Made by a program: the position numbers and the translations under genes | Source: Schmidtea nova | Lineage: Eukaryota | DNA length: 64,000 bases | Direction of reading: 5' to 3' | Assembly: GCA_044892505.1 (NCBI GenBank) | Contig: CM097882.1 | Coordinates: 106,516,001-106,580,000 of the forward strand | Shown: one piece after another, positions 10,868-22,575 of the stretch | Position numbering within the stretch: position 1 is the stretch's first letter | How the letters are laid out: every line of letters starts with the position of its first letter | The notes under the pieces: generated by a model | Database searches by the model: none | What the model was told of the DNA's origin: nothing | Seen by the model: the letters and a program-made list of their open reading frames with translations, nothing else

Positions 10868-11107
10868 ATAGTTTTGCAGTAAATATGCTATGGCATATAA
10901 TACACTGCACCATGGTGCAGTATAGCAAAACTATAGGGGTCCCCCTTACCCCATACCCCCCAGTCTAAATTCAAAGCACACCTCTCGTAACAGACTTTGT
11001 GGAATTCAAAACATATTTTATATGAAGTAATGTAACTTTACCAAGTCTAGTAAAGTAAGGTTACTTTACTATTATATAAATATTTTTAAAAATGAGTCAT
11101 CAAAACA
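10868..11107 (+). repeat. Parvovirus-like terminal repeat copy 1 with Y/T-shaped hairpin ('flip', 10868-10934)
   Basis: Outer stem ATAGTTTTGC/GCAAAACTAT enclosing arms ATATGC-TATG-GCATAT and the perfect palindrome ACTGCACCATGGTGCAGT; followed by about 170 bp ending in TATATAAATA...ATGAGTCAT. Confidence 0.8.
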
Positions 11108-11706
11108 TTACACACTCAATTATTTTTGATGAACGATTTGTTGTTGTATAATGAATTATCAACTTTTATGGAGAATTTTGTTCGCGTTAGCGATTTTTAT
11201 TTTAACGATGATCACGCTCGACAAATTGATGGAATTATTTCTAATTATCACCAAGATATTATTGAGAAAGATTAAAACTATATGCGTAGCGTTATTGGGA
11301 TTTATACGATTCTCACTTCTCAAGCAGGAAAGACCAAGTCCATTATTTTAGAGGGATGTAGTAATGCAGGTAAGTCATTATTCACAGCTATATGCCGAGG
11401 AGATTGGTCACACGGCTTTTCTACTGGAGCTCAATATAAAAGTGAATTCTGTTTCGATGATTGTATAGGTAAACAGATTATTATTGATGAAGAAATCTAT
11501 TGTGACTTCAAAAATGTAAATCTTATAAATGTGTAAATATCTTTCTGCGTGTTTCTCGGAAAAAATTGATTCTAAAGCCAATCTTCCATCTGTGCCATGC
11601 ATTATATCAAACAACCACCCAATCTGAAAGTATGCCAGTGAGCATCAACAACCTCTAAAAATCGTAGTCTATATGTGAAATGTGAACAACCATATATATT
11701 TATTAA
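11108..11706 (+). pseudogene. NS1: Parvoviral NS1 SF3 helicase fragment (N-terminal nuclease domain absent)
   Basis: Walker A ILEGCSNAGKS, Walker B FCFDDCIGKQIIIDEE, motif C PCIISNN and PLKNR arginine-finger region, across stops and frameshifts. Confidence 0.85.
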
Positions 11707-11940
11707 TTTTGCTATACTGCACCATGGTGCAGTGTATTATATGCCATGGTATATTTACTGCAAAACTATAGGAGTCCCCCTTACCCCCTACCCCCAAGTC
11801 AAAATTCAAAGCACACCACTCGTAACAGACTGTGAGATTCAAAACATATTTTATATGAAGTAAAGTAACTTTACCAAGTCTAGTAAAGTAAGGTTACTTT
11901 ACTATTATATAAATATTTTTAAAAATGAGTCATTAAAACA
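11707..11940 (+). repeat. Parvovirus-like terminal repeat copy 2 with the hairpin in the inverted-complement ('flop') form
   Basis: Direct repeat of 10871-11107 except that the hairpin interior (11707-11769) is the reverse complement of copy 1: TTTTGCTATACTGCACCATGGTGCAGTGTATTATATGCCATGGTATATTTACTGCAAAACTAT. Confidence 0.8.
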
Positions 11941-13600
11941 CAAAATTTATTTCTATTACAAGGGATTAGGTTGAGCTAATCCTGCACGCATGTGATACGA
12001 AATGTTAGAAGGTATCTTGAATCTTGCTGCATTATGTTTGATCATGGGAAATAAATCGTCATCTTTAGACAGTTCATCTCTAATCCAATAATACACAGGC
12101 ATATAATAAGGTATTGAAGGTTTCATCCATTTGGTTGTAGGTTGCCAAAGTTGATTAAATTGAGCAGTTGAATATGTTACATCATATATTTGACGATTAT
12201 TTGTAGTTGGTAATTTTCCTTACATTTCCATAGTGTAAGAAATTTTCCAATTAAAGGTACAAGTAAGGTTAATCTGATTACCTTGAGGTCCTACCATAGT
12301 ATTTAGTTAGATAAATAATTGAGACATCGGATTGTGTTCAGATACATCCTTTGCTTCATTTATTCCAAAATATTCATCAAGATATAATCTTTTAGGTTTG
12401 TAATAGTCATCTACTAAATATTTATCTGTAAGAGCAGTTTTATTATGAAGAGTAACCTCTGTCTCTCCATGTTTATACATGAATCTTTATAACTTTTCAT
12501 TCCATTTTCTTGTCCATTTGTGATAGCGAATTTTTGAATGGTATGGAACAGTTCTATTGATTGCATCTATAGTACATCTGCCTAAACCAACCATATACGA
12601 GAATGGTTTTACAACTTGACAATTAAAATAGTCCCATCTATGCCAAATAATGGATAATTGTCTTCAAAAGTTTTAAGATCGTAATGTTGGTTCCACCATC
12701 CAACAATATAACGAGGATATTTTACCTTCATAACTGTATTATATTGTTTCACCAGTATTACAATTTACTATCTCAACCTCTGGACAAGTTTCTGGATAGT
12801 ATATCCAACCTGCTTTTGGTAATTTCTGAAGAGTTAATTTAGGTAATTGATTATTTACATTATAACCATTATCTAAAGATGCTTCGTTTAAGAAAGGTCT
12901 TTAAATGCTTTGGCTTTATTTTCAGGCATAGTGCACGGGCCATAGATATGAGCTTTGTTTCTGAGAACCAACATCTCCACATGATTTTGTAATCCATTAA
13001 AATTTTGTGTAGACGTTTCACCAACAACTTGTATATTGAATATTTCAAAGTGCATATTTTTCGGTTTCCACCACAAATATTTTTGCATAGCTGCCCATAA
13101 ATCTGGGTTACCGCACATTATATGAGGGTACGCACTGGTATATTATACCACTCTCCTTGCTCGGTGGTACTGATGCAACTAGCTTCTCAATTGGTACTGG
13201 TGAATTCAAGGCTATCGTTCCCGAGAGGGGGCTAAAATCTCCTTGCTGGTGTCGTAAAACTCCATTACCCCCGCCTGATCCAGGCACCACTAACAGCGAG
13301 TGGTACAGGAGTCGTGGTAGGAACTGTTGTCGATAACATTTCATTAATACCTTGTAACAGATTATCAAATGCTTTTATACTAGTCTTTGTGTGTCTGTAT
13401 TTTTCAACCACTTGAGTATGTGTGTCAAGAAGGTGTTCTTTCATTTGTAGGTGATGGAACCTATTTTAAGTACTTTGATCCATATTTTGCTTAGAAACCT
13501 TTTTATCGTATGGTTGTATGATTTTATCAACATGTCCCTTCCAATCCTCATGGGTGATACTGTTATGATAATTATGATGGTAATAATAACGTAATACATT

Positions 13601-13637
13601 TGATCTATAGTCATTATGAGAATTATTGATAATAATA
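13601..13637 (+). mobile_element. 37-bp 5'-truncated insertion of the Penelope-like repeat, with 10-bp TSD
   Basis: TGATCTATAGTCATTATGAGAATTATTGATAATAATA matches 14185-14220 and is flanked by GTAATACATT at 13591-13600 and 13638-13647. Confidence 0.8.
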
Positions 13638-13990
13638 GTAATACATTAAGTTGTATATAACTTATACGCCTTAGTAAATAATCAGGTTTATGTTGATTAA
13701 AATAATTCACATCGGGTTCTTGGTTATGATTTAATTTTAAATAATCTCTTTTAAATCTTCTCCTGCTTGTAAACGGTTTATTGCATTTCTTTTTACCCTT
13801 TCTAATGTGTATCCAATTGGCATTTCAGTAAAAGGGTCATATTTTAAAAAAATATTTCATTTTATAATTTTCCTAATCATCAGGTATATGTTCTTTATTA
13901 AATATATTATTTTTTGATTTCTGAAAGTGATCATATATTTGAATACACATGTAGTATACGAGGGTATAATTTATCAAAATTTGATGTTAT

Positions 13991-14217
13991 CATAATTATC
14001 TTTTTTCACCTTTGATCTTTTTTTATTATTATTATCAATAATTCTCATAATGACTATAGATCAAAAGTTTTTTTTATAAACAATAACACAATATTTCGGC
14101 ACAGCCTTTATCAAGTGTGTATTTGATAAACACTTGATAAAGGCTGTGCCGAAATATTGTGTTATTGTTTATAAAAAAAAATTTTGATCTATAGTCATTA
14201 TGAGAATTATTGATAAT
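13991..14217. mobile_element. Penelope-like element terminal fragment in head-to-head inverted arrangement, with 13-bp TSD
   Basis: About 90-bp inverted arms (about 14028-14117 and 14131-14220) around a 13-bp spacer; TSD AATTTGATGTTAT at 13978-13990 and 14218-14230; each arm carries a minimal hammerhead-like motif. Confidence 0.7.
14129..14163 (+). ncRNA. Minimal type-I hammerhead ribozyme-like motif (U3-A8 core variant)
   Basis: AACAC-UUGAUAA-A-GGC(UGU)GCC-GAAA-UAU-U-GUGUU: stem I AACAC/GUGUU, stem II GGC/GCC, short palindromic stem III as in Penelope minimal hammerheads. Mirror copies on the - strand at about 14085-14120 and 24571-24606. Confidence 0.6.
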
Positions 14218-14899
14218 AATTTGATGTTATGTTTATAAATTTCTACATACTCATATTCTTTAAAGTTAGATAATGTAGATGATAACATTTTATTACTATG
14301 ATCAATATATTTTTTATTTGTAAAATATTTACTTGATTCCATTAACTGTTGATACAAGTCTTCATTTTCATATATAAATTTGTTATAACCATTGTCTAAT
14401 TCTAATAACTCAAACATATCTGGGTTTTTTGTACCATTTTCTTTTAATAATCTTTCAAATAATCGCATTCCATTATATACAGATATCTTAGATATTCTTG
14501 ATTCTAGTAATTCAAATAATTCTTTATTATCGGATAATCTATTAGGTTGATGCTTTTTTTTCTAAATTATAGTCTTTGTATATGCGAAATTAATTTAAAT
14601 CTATCTTATGTTGAAAGTAATCAGTAATTTCTACATAACCATCCATTCTAGTTAAATTATTATAATAATAACGTGATCCAAATGTTGATCCAAATCCATC
14701 GTCGACAATTATGTGTTATATTGTGAATTCATTTGATGATGATTAGAATCTAAAATAATTTAGTGTTTTAGTTGGTTCTTAACTTCATATTGTGTTATCA
14801 TCATTAATTTAGGTGTAATTGTAGAATATAGTTTTTTATATTAAAGTGATTTTTATCAAGGAAATCGAGACAGTGTAGTAGAGACAAGTATATTCAAGG

Positions 14900-15975
14900 C
14901 AAGAAAATTGAATTTCACGAGCAATTATATTCTAAATAATAAATATGTCTAAATTAGAGCGTACCTGAGGCAATGACTGGAAAAGGGGAAGTAGATTATA
15001 TACCTATCTTTGAAAGAGGAACCGTGTGTGAAAACACTACAACGAAAAAGGAGTTAAATCAGATTTGGGAGTACATCACGAACAATGGGAAATAGAAATA
15101 AGCTCGTGGTTAGAATGTGATAGTGACCACTAAGGACGACGCGACGGTGATAAAACATTACTGCTGTCACCGAAGGAGCAATCAGTGGGACGTCGAGAAT
15201 GTTAATTGGACAGCTGAAAATAAGGATTATGCAGATGGAAGAAAGTTACTTTTCACCCCAGGAAATGAAGACAGTGAGCGAGAAGTTAAGGCGTACCCAA
15301 CAAGCCGTACAAGACCTTAACATGGCGAAAAAAGCGCTCCAGATATAGATGTGGAATTTCCAGCGTCATTTAACTCAGACGTCTGTTCAAATTGATCTAC
15401 GAGGACAGATCTGACCGATAACTTTAGAAAAATTGTTTGTACCACCCACCTCCACTCCATCTAACATCGATGTTACTGATAGTCCCACAGAACCCAAGAA
15501 GCGCAAACGCATCAGCGCTCAAAAGAGAAGGCGTCAACAAGAGGCAAAATCTCCATCCAATTGCTCAACATAACTAGTTTCTAACCTCATGATTATCCAT
15601 GACAAAATTTTCTTGTGACCTGTTGTACCATGTTGTAGTATGTCAAATAAATGTATTAATTAAGGAAGGGTGTTGATTTACTCAATTTCATAGTTTTATA
15701 ATAAAATAGCATAGTGTACCTTCAATGAGAATAAGGTTTATGACTGAGAAAATTTGACAAATTGGTTTGAAGTAGACCTTATCTAGATCAAAGACCCATA
15801 AATGAGTGACCAAAATAGGGATAGCCAGTTATGAGATTAGAAGACCTTCTACCGGTCAAGGTGAACCCGTTGAGAATGATAAGTGGAAAGTAGTGTTAAA
15901 GCAGACACTAACCTGTCCACTTACAATCGACCGGCGTGTGCAGTACCAACGTGTACAGGAGGCTACATACACGGG
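14900..15975 (+). pseudogene. Degenerate A/B unit with 3' structured block
   Basis: About 15230-15575 reads SYFSPQEMKTVSEKLRRTQQAVQDL...DLRGQI*PIT...PKKRKRISAQKRRRQQEA (family B); 15843-15975 is a diverged copy of the conserved 3' block. Confidence 0.6.
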
Positions 15976-16609
15976 CACACGGACAGGGATTGTTTTGTGT
16001 GGTGTTGCAAACCCTAGTCTAATAAATTATAAACTCTTCAAAAATAAACTGAGCGACTCACCAACACTATTGTTATTTTATTGTCTTGGAATGTCAACTT
16101 ATAATTCGTTATTATGACGTTTTAGTATGAATATTGTTTTATTTGAATAATGAAAGTTTAAATTTATTATTATCTGATATGTTATGAAATTTCCATTTTA
16201 TAATCATTACATAGCATTTTTTTATTTTGCCAAATCAATTTTAACATTTGTTACACTGCACTCGGTTTCTTTTTTAGGCATAATTAGTTTTTTATTAATA
16301 ACAATTTTTAATTCCAAAAATTATATTCTTTAAAACATATGATTCAAACTATATTAATCAATAAAATTATTTTAATATTTTTTCTGAAGCATCGATAATT
16401 TTTATGAGCTATGATTCCAACATTCTGTAATTCAACATACTGTTTAAATTTTATATTTTCAATTTTATTTGAAATTAAAATTTTATAATCTCATTTTTAA
16501 ATTAATATTTATTAAACTTTTTTAATCAAATTTTTATATTTTTCTATTAACACCTCACAACATTTATCAAGGTTTTCATTAAAATTGTAGTCTTTTCAAG
16601 GAAAAAGAG

Positions 16610-17050
16610 ATCGAAAATATAAACAAACGAATAGACCGTTTTGAAGAAATACGTAAGTGGATCTTTAGAAGGATAATAATGAACTAGACGGCGCTGTAAT
16701 GCCTTGAAGTACCTTGAAGTACTGTAATGCCTGGTTAAGTACAGAGAAGATGAAACATGTGTAACTTAAAATCTAAGCAGTGCACAAAAAAATGCGATGA
16801 TGGCGCTTTACAGAGGACAGCTTTGTAGATCATGACCAAAAGCGGAATAGTGAAATAAATCAATTTCGATTAGAAGAAGGATTAGTGGTAGCCGTCCATG
16901 CACCAAGTTCAACAAACATATTCGAGTTACTTCTACCCGAAGCCGGAGTAAAGGTATCGACAACCACGATTAGGCACTGAGTAAGACAAAACGATCTCGC
17001 AAAAAACGGCGTCACGAGGATTGTATATTGAATCAGTTCAAAACATTGTT
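16610..17050 (+). pseudogene. Degenerate family-C ORF
   Basis: KRNSEINQFRLEEGLVVAVHAP...ELLLP and a basic tail (RSRKKRRHE) align with the other C copies; many stops. Confidence 0.5.
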
Positions 17051-18239
17051 ACCCCAGCAGATGGATTTAACATAAGATTGAGATTTTTATAATTTTAAAA
17101 TGGTGTCTTGCGAAAACTAAAATTAAAAATTATTTTGTTTAACTAATGCGAAAACCTCTAAATAAAAATACGGGCATGTAATTCACTTAAGCTCTGACAC
17201 AAACGCCTAATAAAGTCCCAACAAATAGCAAACAATAGATACATAGATAAATTATAAAATTATAAAACAAATGTTGAAAATGTTGGAAGTATTTCACTAT
17301 ATTTACATATAACATAACATGAAAAAGGTAAACCAAAAAAATACTTAAAGAGCAATAGCAAAAAAATATAATGAGCATTGGCAAATAAATATAATAAAAA
17401 TTAATTGTAATAATTAAAAAATTGAATAAATTAAAAATTAAAATTAATAATAATTGAATAAATTAAAAAAAATAAAATTAGATAAGTAATAGAATTATGA
17501 GTAAAATATTATGTAAATAAGAAAAAGAAAAATATTTAAAATATTAAATTAAGCAAATATCACGAGATAATGAATATAAATCGAGCAAGTGAAGGTCGCA
17601 AAAATGAAATCCGTCGAAATAGTCGAAATTTGGATATGAGATATGGTATTATTATGGAAGAATTAAAATTACTACATGTAACAAGTTCAACTCATGATTA
17701 TGTTGTAGTGTTCAGTTGCTAATTCTATGGTTTCTTATCCTTTACTCAGTATCTCTCCAACACACACTCCGTGAACATTGTAAAGCTCTCGCTAGTACAC
17801 CCACAATCATTCTCTGACAATTGCGTTGGTGATGTGTACAGCGGCGGCGAGTTTTAATAGTGTTGGATGATGAGGGAAGACCCGTCATCACATTTACCCT
17901 CAATAAGTACTACAGAATAATTACTACAATAAGTCATCCACCACTCCTAATTTAATTCAATTTATCTTTCTCATCAACCCAATAATCTCAATTCCCAACT
18001 CCAACAAACCAAAAGTTTATCCATCGGCCAATTATTGAGTATTTATCGACTTGATAATTTATATTTTATTTTGTATGTATTATTTTTTTTATTGTACAGT
18101 GCATTTTATTTTATGTAATTTTATATTTTATTAATTAAATTTTATATTGTTAATTAATTTTAATTGCCATAAATTTTAGTAATTAAAATTATTTTAATGT
18201 AAATAGTGGTTTGGGAGATTTAATGTAAATATAAAATAG

Positions 18240-19115
18240 TGTTCGGTTATTAGTGTGAAGTCGGTAGTTTCTGACTCCCGTGTTCTCTTTCAATTACAAA
18301 ATAAACCAAACCCAACACAATAATTTTCTTTATTTTTTTCAAATGATCACAACTCTTTTTATCACAAAAAGTTACTCAGGCTCTGCACTCTTCGCGTGAG
18401 GGTAGAACACCCAATGGGATATCTCCCTCTCTGGTACGTAAAATATTAAGTTCAAGTTCTACTTTTGATTTCCTTTCAACGTCTCCTCCAAATATCTTCT
18501 AACAGTTTGAGATTCACTTTACGCCTAAAATTTATCTTCGACCAACTGGCAATTTCGGCACTTTGCTCTCCGTTTTTATACCATCTTTGTGTTGCCATTC
18601 TGTCGGTGTAATTGGATATTATCGAATCCGTCGCTTGTAATCGGATCTGATTAGCCCTGCTTGGTCGTAACTGGACCTTTGCCGTTTATGGTTTTTCCGG
18701 CTCTCCCCGGGGCATTCAATTAAATTTGATAGTTTAATGACCTCGCTGATGCCTCGGGTTTCCCACATTATTCGGATCTCCTACTAGCTCGGGTTTCCCA
18801 TTATCTCGGGTCTCCCATTAGCTCGGGTTTCCCACTAGCTCGGGCTTCCTATAGAATAATTAATTATTTTAATTAATTTGTATTTTCTAATTATTTCCTT
18901 CTGGGGGCCCCTTTTTATTTTTATATACCCATATTCGAATTCGTCTCGTCGTTTGGCATCCTCCCATACCAGTTTCCCCCACTCAATTTTTATTTTAATT
19001 TTTTATAAATTTTTTAATTAATGTTTGAACATTAATTATTATTTTTCCAATTTTTGTATTTTTATTGATTTATGCAATTTTAAATTTATTTTCTGTGATT
19101 TTCACAAACCCAACA
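18240..19115 (-). repeat. 3' LTR
   Basis: Direct repeat of 23085-23960; contains about five copies of an 18-bp CTAGCTCGGGTTTCCCAY unit (about 18750-18855), a TATAAAAA and an AATAAA on the - strand. Confidence 0.92.
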
Positions 19116-20199
19116 TATCTCCCCTTTTTTAAAAGATTCGTCCTCGAATCTACATATAAACATATTTTTTATCATAAATCCTGACATTGATCCTATAATA
19201 GTAATAGTGATGATAATATCACCAATAATTGTAATAATAAGGATAACAATAGTAATAATTACAATAATACTGGTAGTAATGACAATGACATAAGTATAAT
19301 AATGATGATGGTAATAGTATTGGTAGTACCACTATACTGATAATAATGATAGTAATAATATTTATAATAGTGATAACACTAGTATTAATAATATTAGCAA
19401 TAGTNNNNNNNNNNNNNNNNNNNNNNNNNNNNNNNNNNNNNNNNNNNNNNNNNNNNNNNNNNNNNNNNNNNNNNNNNNNNNNNNNNNNNNNNNNNNNNNN
19501 NNNNNNNNNNNNNNNNNNNNNNNNNNNNNNNNNNNNNNNNNNNNNNNNNNNNNNNNNNNNNNNNNNNNNNNNNNNNNNNNNNNNNNNNNNNNNNNNNNNN
19601 NNNNNNNNNNNNNNNNNNNNNNNNNNNNNNNNNNNNNNNNNNNNNNNNNNNNNNNNNNNNNNNNNNNNNNNNNNNNNNNNNNNNNNNNNNNNNNNNNNNN
19701 NNNNNNNNNNNNNNNNNNNNNNNNNNNNNNNNNNNNNNNNNNNNNNNNNNNNNNNNNNNNNNNNNNNNNNNNNNNNNNNNNNNNNNNNNNNNNNNNNNNN
19801 NNNNNNNNNNNNNNNNNNNNNNNNNCAAATTTTAATCATCATATCAACAAGTAATGAAATATTTTTTTTGTCATTGCGCTCAAAATTGGAATCAATTTGT
19901 TTTCTTGATAATTGATACATCGTTTTAATTATACCATTCAACTTTCTTGCGCAATCTTCTGATTTCGAGGCTAAGTAAAATGAAGTCATTGCAACATAGA
20001 CTGGCTTTAACTCATTAATTTAACTCAATTAATTTCCTTTCGAAACCTGACCCCGAGAAAAGATGAGAGAAGGCGCCGCAAATTAAAGCGGCGTCGCTCC
20101 TTATTTTTCTCATTTGTCATGCATTTTAATTTTTATTTTCTGTGAGTAAAAAAAATTTTGAATTTATATATTTATTTATTTAATAATTTATATATTTAT

Positions 20200-21122
20200 T
20201 TAATTAATGTGTTTATCGTCATCCAATTCTTCACCTTTATATCTCAGCACTATAATTCCATCTTTACCTAACATTTCCGCAGCTCTTTTACACACTTTTC
20301 GAACTTTCGTACACCAGTGTTCCTCTACATACTCAGTTTTCCTAATATCTTCATATTCTATTGCAATTGTTAACGAATTTAACTCGACTCTATCTTTTCT
20401 AAGCTCTTTACCCAATTTCTCATTATTCTCTTTAAACATTGTCTATATCCCGTTCTTCTAAACAAATAGGGTCGTATAACATTAGCAAGTTCTAATTTTT
20501 CCTTTTGCCCAAATTCAGAATCCTCAATTAACTTTACTATCTCAATAATTTCATTTTCGTCACCAATATATAAAACATCAGATAACTCCCTAACTATTTC
20601 CATCGGATCATTTTTTATCATTTCACTGTTACTCATCATGCTGGCTATTTGTAATTCATTTTTATTCCCTGGTATGAAACCACAGTCGATTACATATTCC
20701 TCATTTTCTAAATCTCTATTTTTAAACTTTAACTCGACTACCCAGCCTTCACATTTCTCTCTTAGTCTCCTTTTTAAATCTTTTACACGATCATAGGCTT
20801 CACAACGACAAGTAATCACATTTTTATCATTTTCATTAACAACATCAATAAAAATAAAATCTAACCATTTATTTTCTCGAAACGATTTTCCAAATTTTCT
20901 CATCAATTCTTTAATTTCATCTCTATTTGTTACATTTATTTGATAATAATTAGCACACAAATTAATCACGCCTTTCAATTTTCTCATACTTAACGACATT
21001 TGACTCAGGTTTTTAATCGATCCCAATATTTTAGATGATTCTACCACGCTAGCTTCTAGTAATTTCTCAAGTCTTTTCATCATCATGATAGCCTTTTCGC
21101 TTTCCAAATCGTTTTTGTACAC
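20200..21122 (-). CDS. ORF(s) downstream of gag encoding two ubiquitin/SUMO-like domains
   Basis: IFIDVVNENDKNVITCRCEAYDRVKDLKRRLREKCEGWVVELKFKNRDLENEEYVIDCGF aligns with ubiquitin [55 protein letters not shown]; second unit TKVRKVCKRAAEMLGKDGIIVLRYKGEELDDDK in the overlapping frame 20200-20439. Confidence 0.6.
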
Positions 21123-22575
21123 CCAGTTGTCGTGTCAGCTTCTGGCATGTCTTGCTGCGATCCATACATCATGTGATTATCCAATTCATCATCAGATTCA
21201 AACTTGGACATTAGGCGCTCCAAACGTCGACTCATTTCTTTCACTTGGTTTTCAATCTTTTCATTGAAATCATCTGATTGAACAAAAGCCACGTTGTCTG
21301 TCTGCAGTTTATCATTTTGGAATCTTATTGATTGTTTTAATATAGGTTTCTGAAATTTGTCGACATTCCTCGGGCATGATCTAGCCATGTGTCCATACCC
21401 TCTACATGAATAACATTGAATTTGACCTTGAAGGTTCACTCTATCTCTTTGTGGGGATGGTGAAGTTGATGGAGACCTCGATCTAGCAAAACAATTTCGA
21501 GAGACATGTCCTTTCCTTCCACAATTGTAACATTGCACATTATCATTATTACGCTGATCCTTAAAATTTAGTTTATTAAAACTTTCTCACCATTACCCTT
21601 CAACCAATCTGGCCACATTCGTTTTCGGCTTCGTTGAACATTATTTTTAGATCAGCATTGATTGCTGTTATGTCCCATCCTTTGACAATAATCACACTGA
21701 ATTGGAGTTGGACTTTTCGGAGATCTATTTTTGAACCAACATTGATTAACATGGTGTCCTATTCGTTGACAATGGCTGCATTGAATTGGCTTCTCTTTTT
21801 CATCAATTTGAACATTTGTTGATTTATTTGGCTCAAATCTTTGCCTAAACGTTGGTGATGGACTAATTGATTGCTGAAGCCGATTGTTTCTGACTGGAGT
21901 TATGGACCGTTCTCTGGGTTCATTAATGATGGCAAATGATTCTGATTTTGGATGTGAACTTTTCAGATTTAACTCAATTTTCATCGCCTTTTTGATTAAC
22001 TCATCAAAGTTATTGAAGTCCACATAACATAATGCCTTTTTGATCTCCTTTTTGACTCCCGTTAAGAACTGGTCTTGTAGCAATTCTTTCACCTGCATTG
22101 CCACTTCAATCTGTTCCGGCTTTACTTCGAATGCTTTCTCTGCAAGAGTAGTCAAGTGGTACGCAAATTCACTTACCGATTCCTCTGATTTCTGCACTCG
22201 ATTATAGAACTTCTGCCGCATTATCCGTTTTATATCCCCTCCAATGAGTTTCGCGGCAGAGGCATCTTTCAGTTTCATCCAGTCATTAGCAATAGTTCTT
22301 TTGTCAATTTGTTGCCACGCTTCTCTCGCTGCTCCCTTTAGACATAGTGGCAATCTTTGCACCATTGTCGGTTGGCTCCATCCATAGGCTGTAGCGCACA
22401 TGTAGTAATCCGCCATAAAATCAACGAATTCCACCGGATCGCCTCCATATTGATTTACTGGCAGTTTCTGGCAGCTAGCATAGTCATTGCCATTGCCGTT
22501 ACTGGTGGACATGGGCGTGTCATCATGATTGTTTGTATTACTCATTTTTATTTCTGGTTGTTTATTACTTCTCAA
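21083..22575 (-). pseudogene. gag: Gag with four CCHC zinc knuckles (one nonsense change, one frameshift)
   Basis: Capsid-like YGGDPVEFVDF..W...L.L.LKGAAREAW..FYNRVQKSEESVSEFAYHL..LAEKAF; knuckles CSHCQRIGHHVNQC, CDYCQRMGHNSNQC, CYNCGRKGHVSRNC, CYSCRGYGHMARSC. Confidence 0.92.

Larger units (their letters stand above)
11956..14804 (-). pseudogene. VP: Parvovirus-like capsid (VP) gene with long N-terminal extension, disrupted
   Basis: Gly-rich PGSGGGNG; PDLWAAMQKYLWWKPKNMHFEIFNIQV (parvoviral 'RPK.L.FK+FNIQV' motif) at about 13024-13105; C-terminus ...RAGLAQPNPL** with AATAAA at 11946-11951; TATAAAAA at 14840-14833 and ATG at 14804. Confidence 0.8.
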
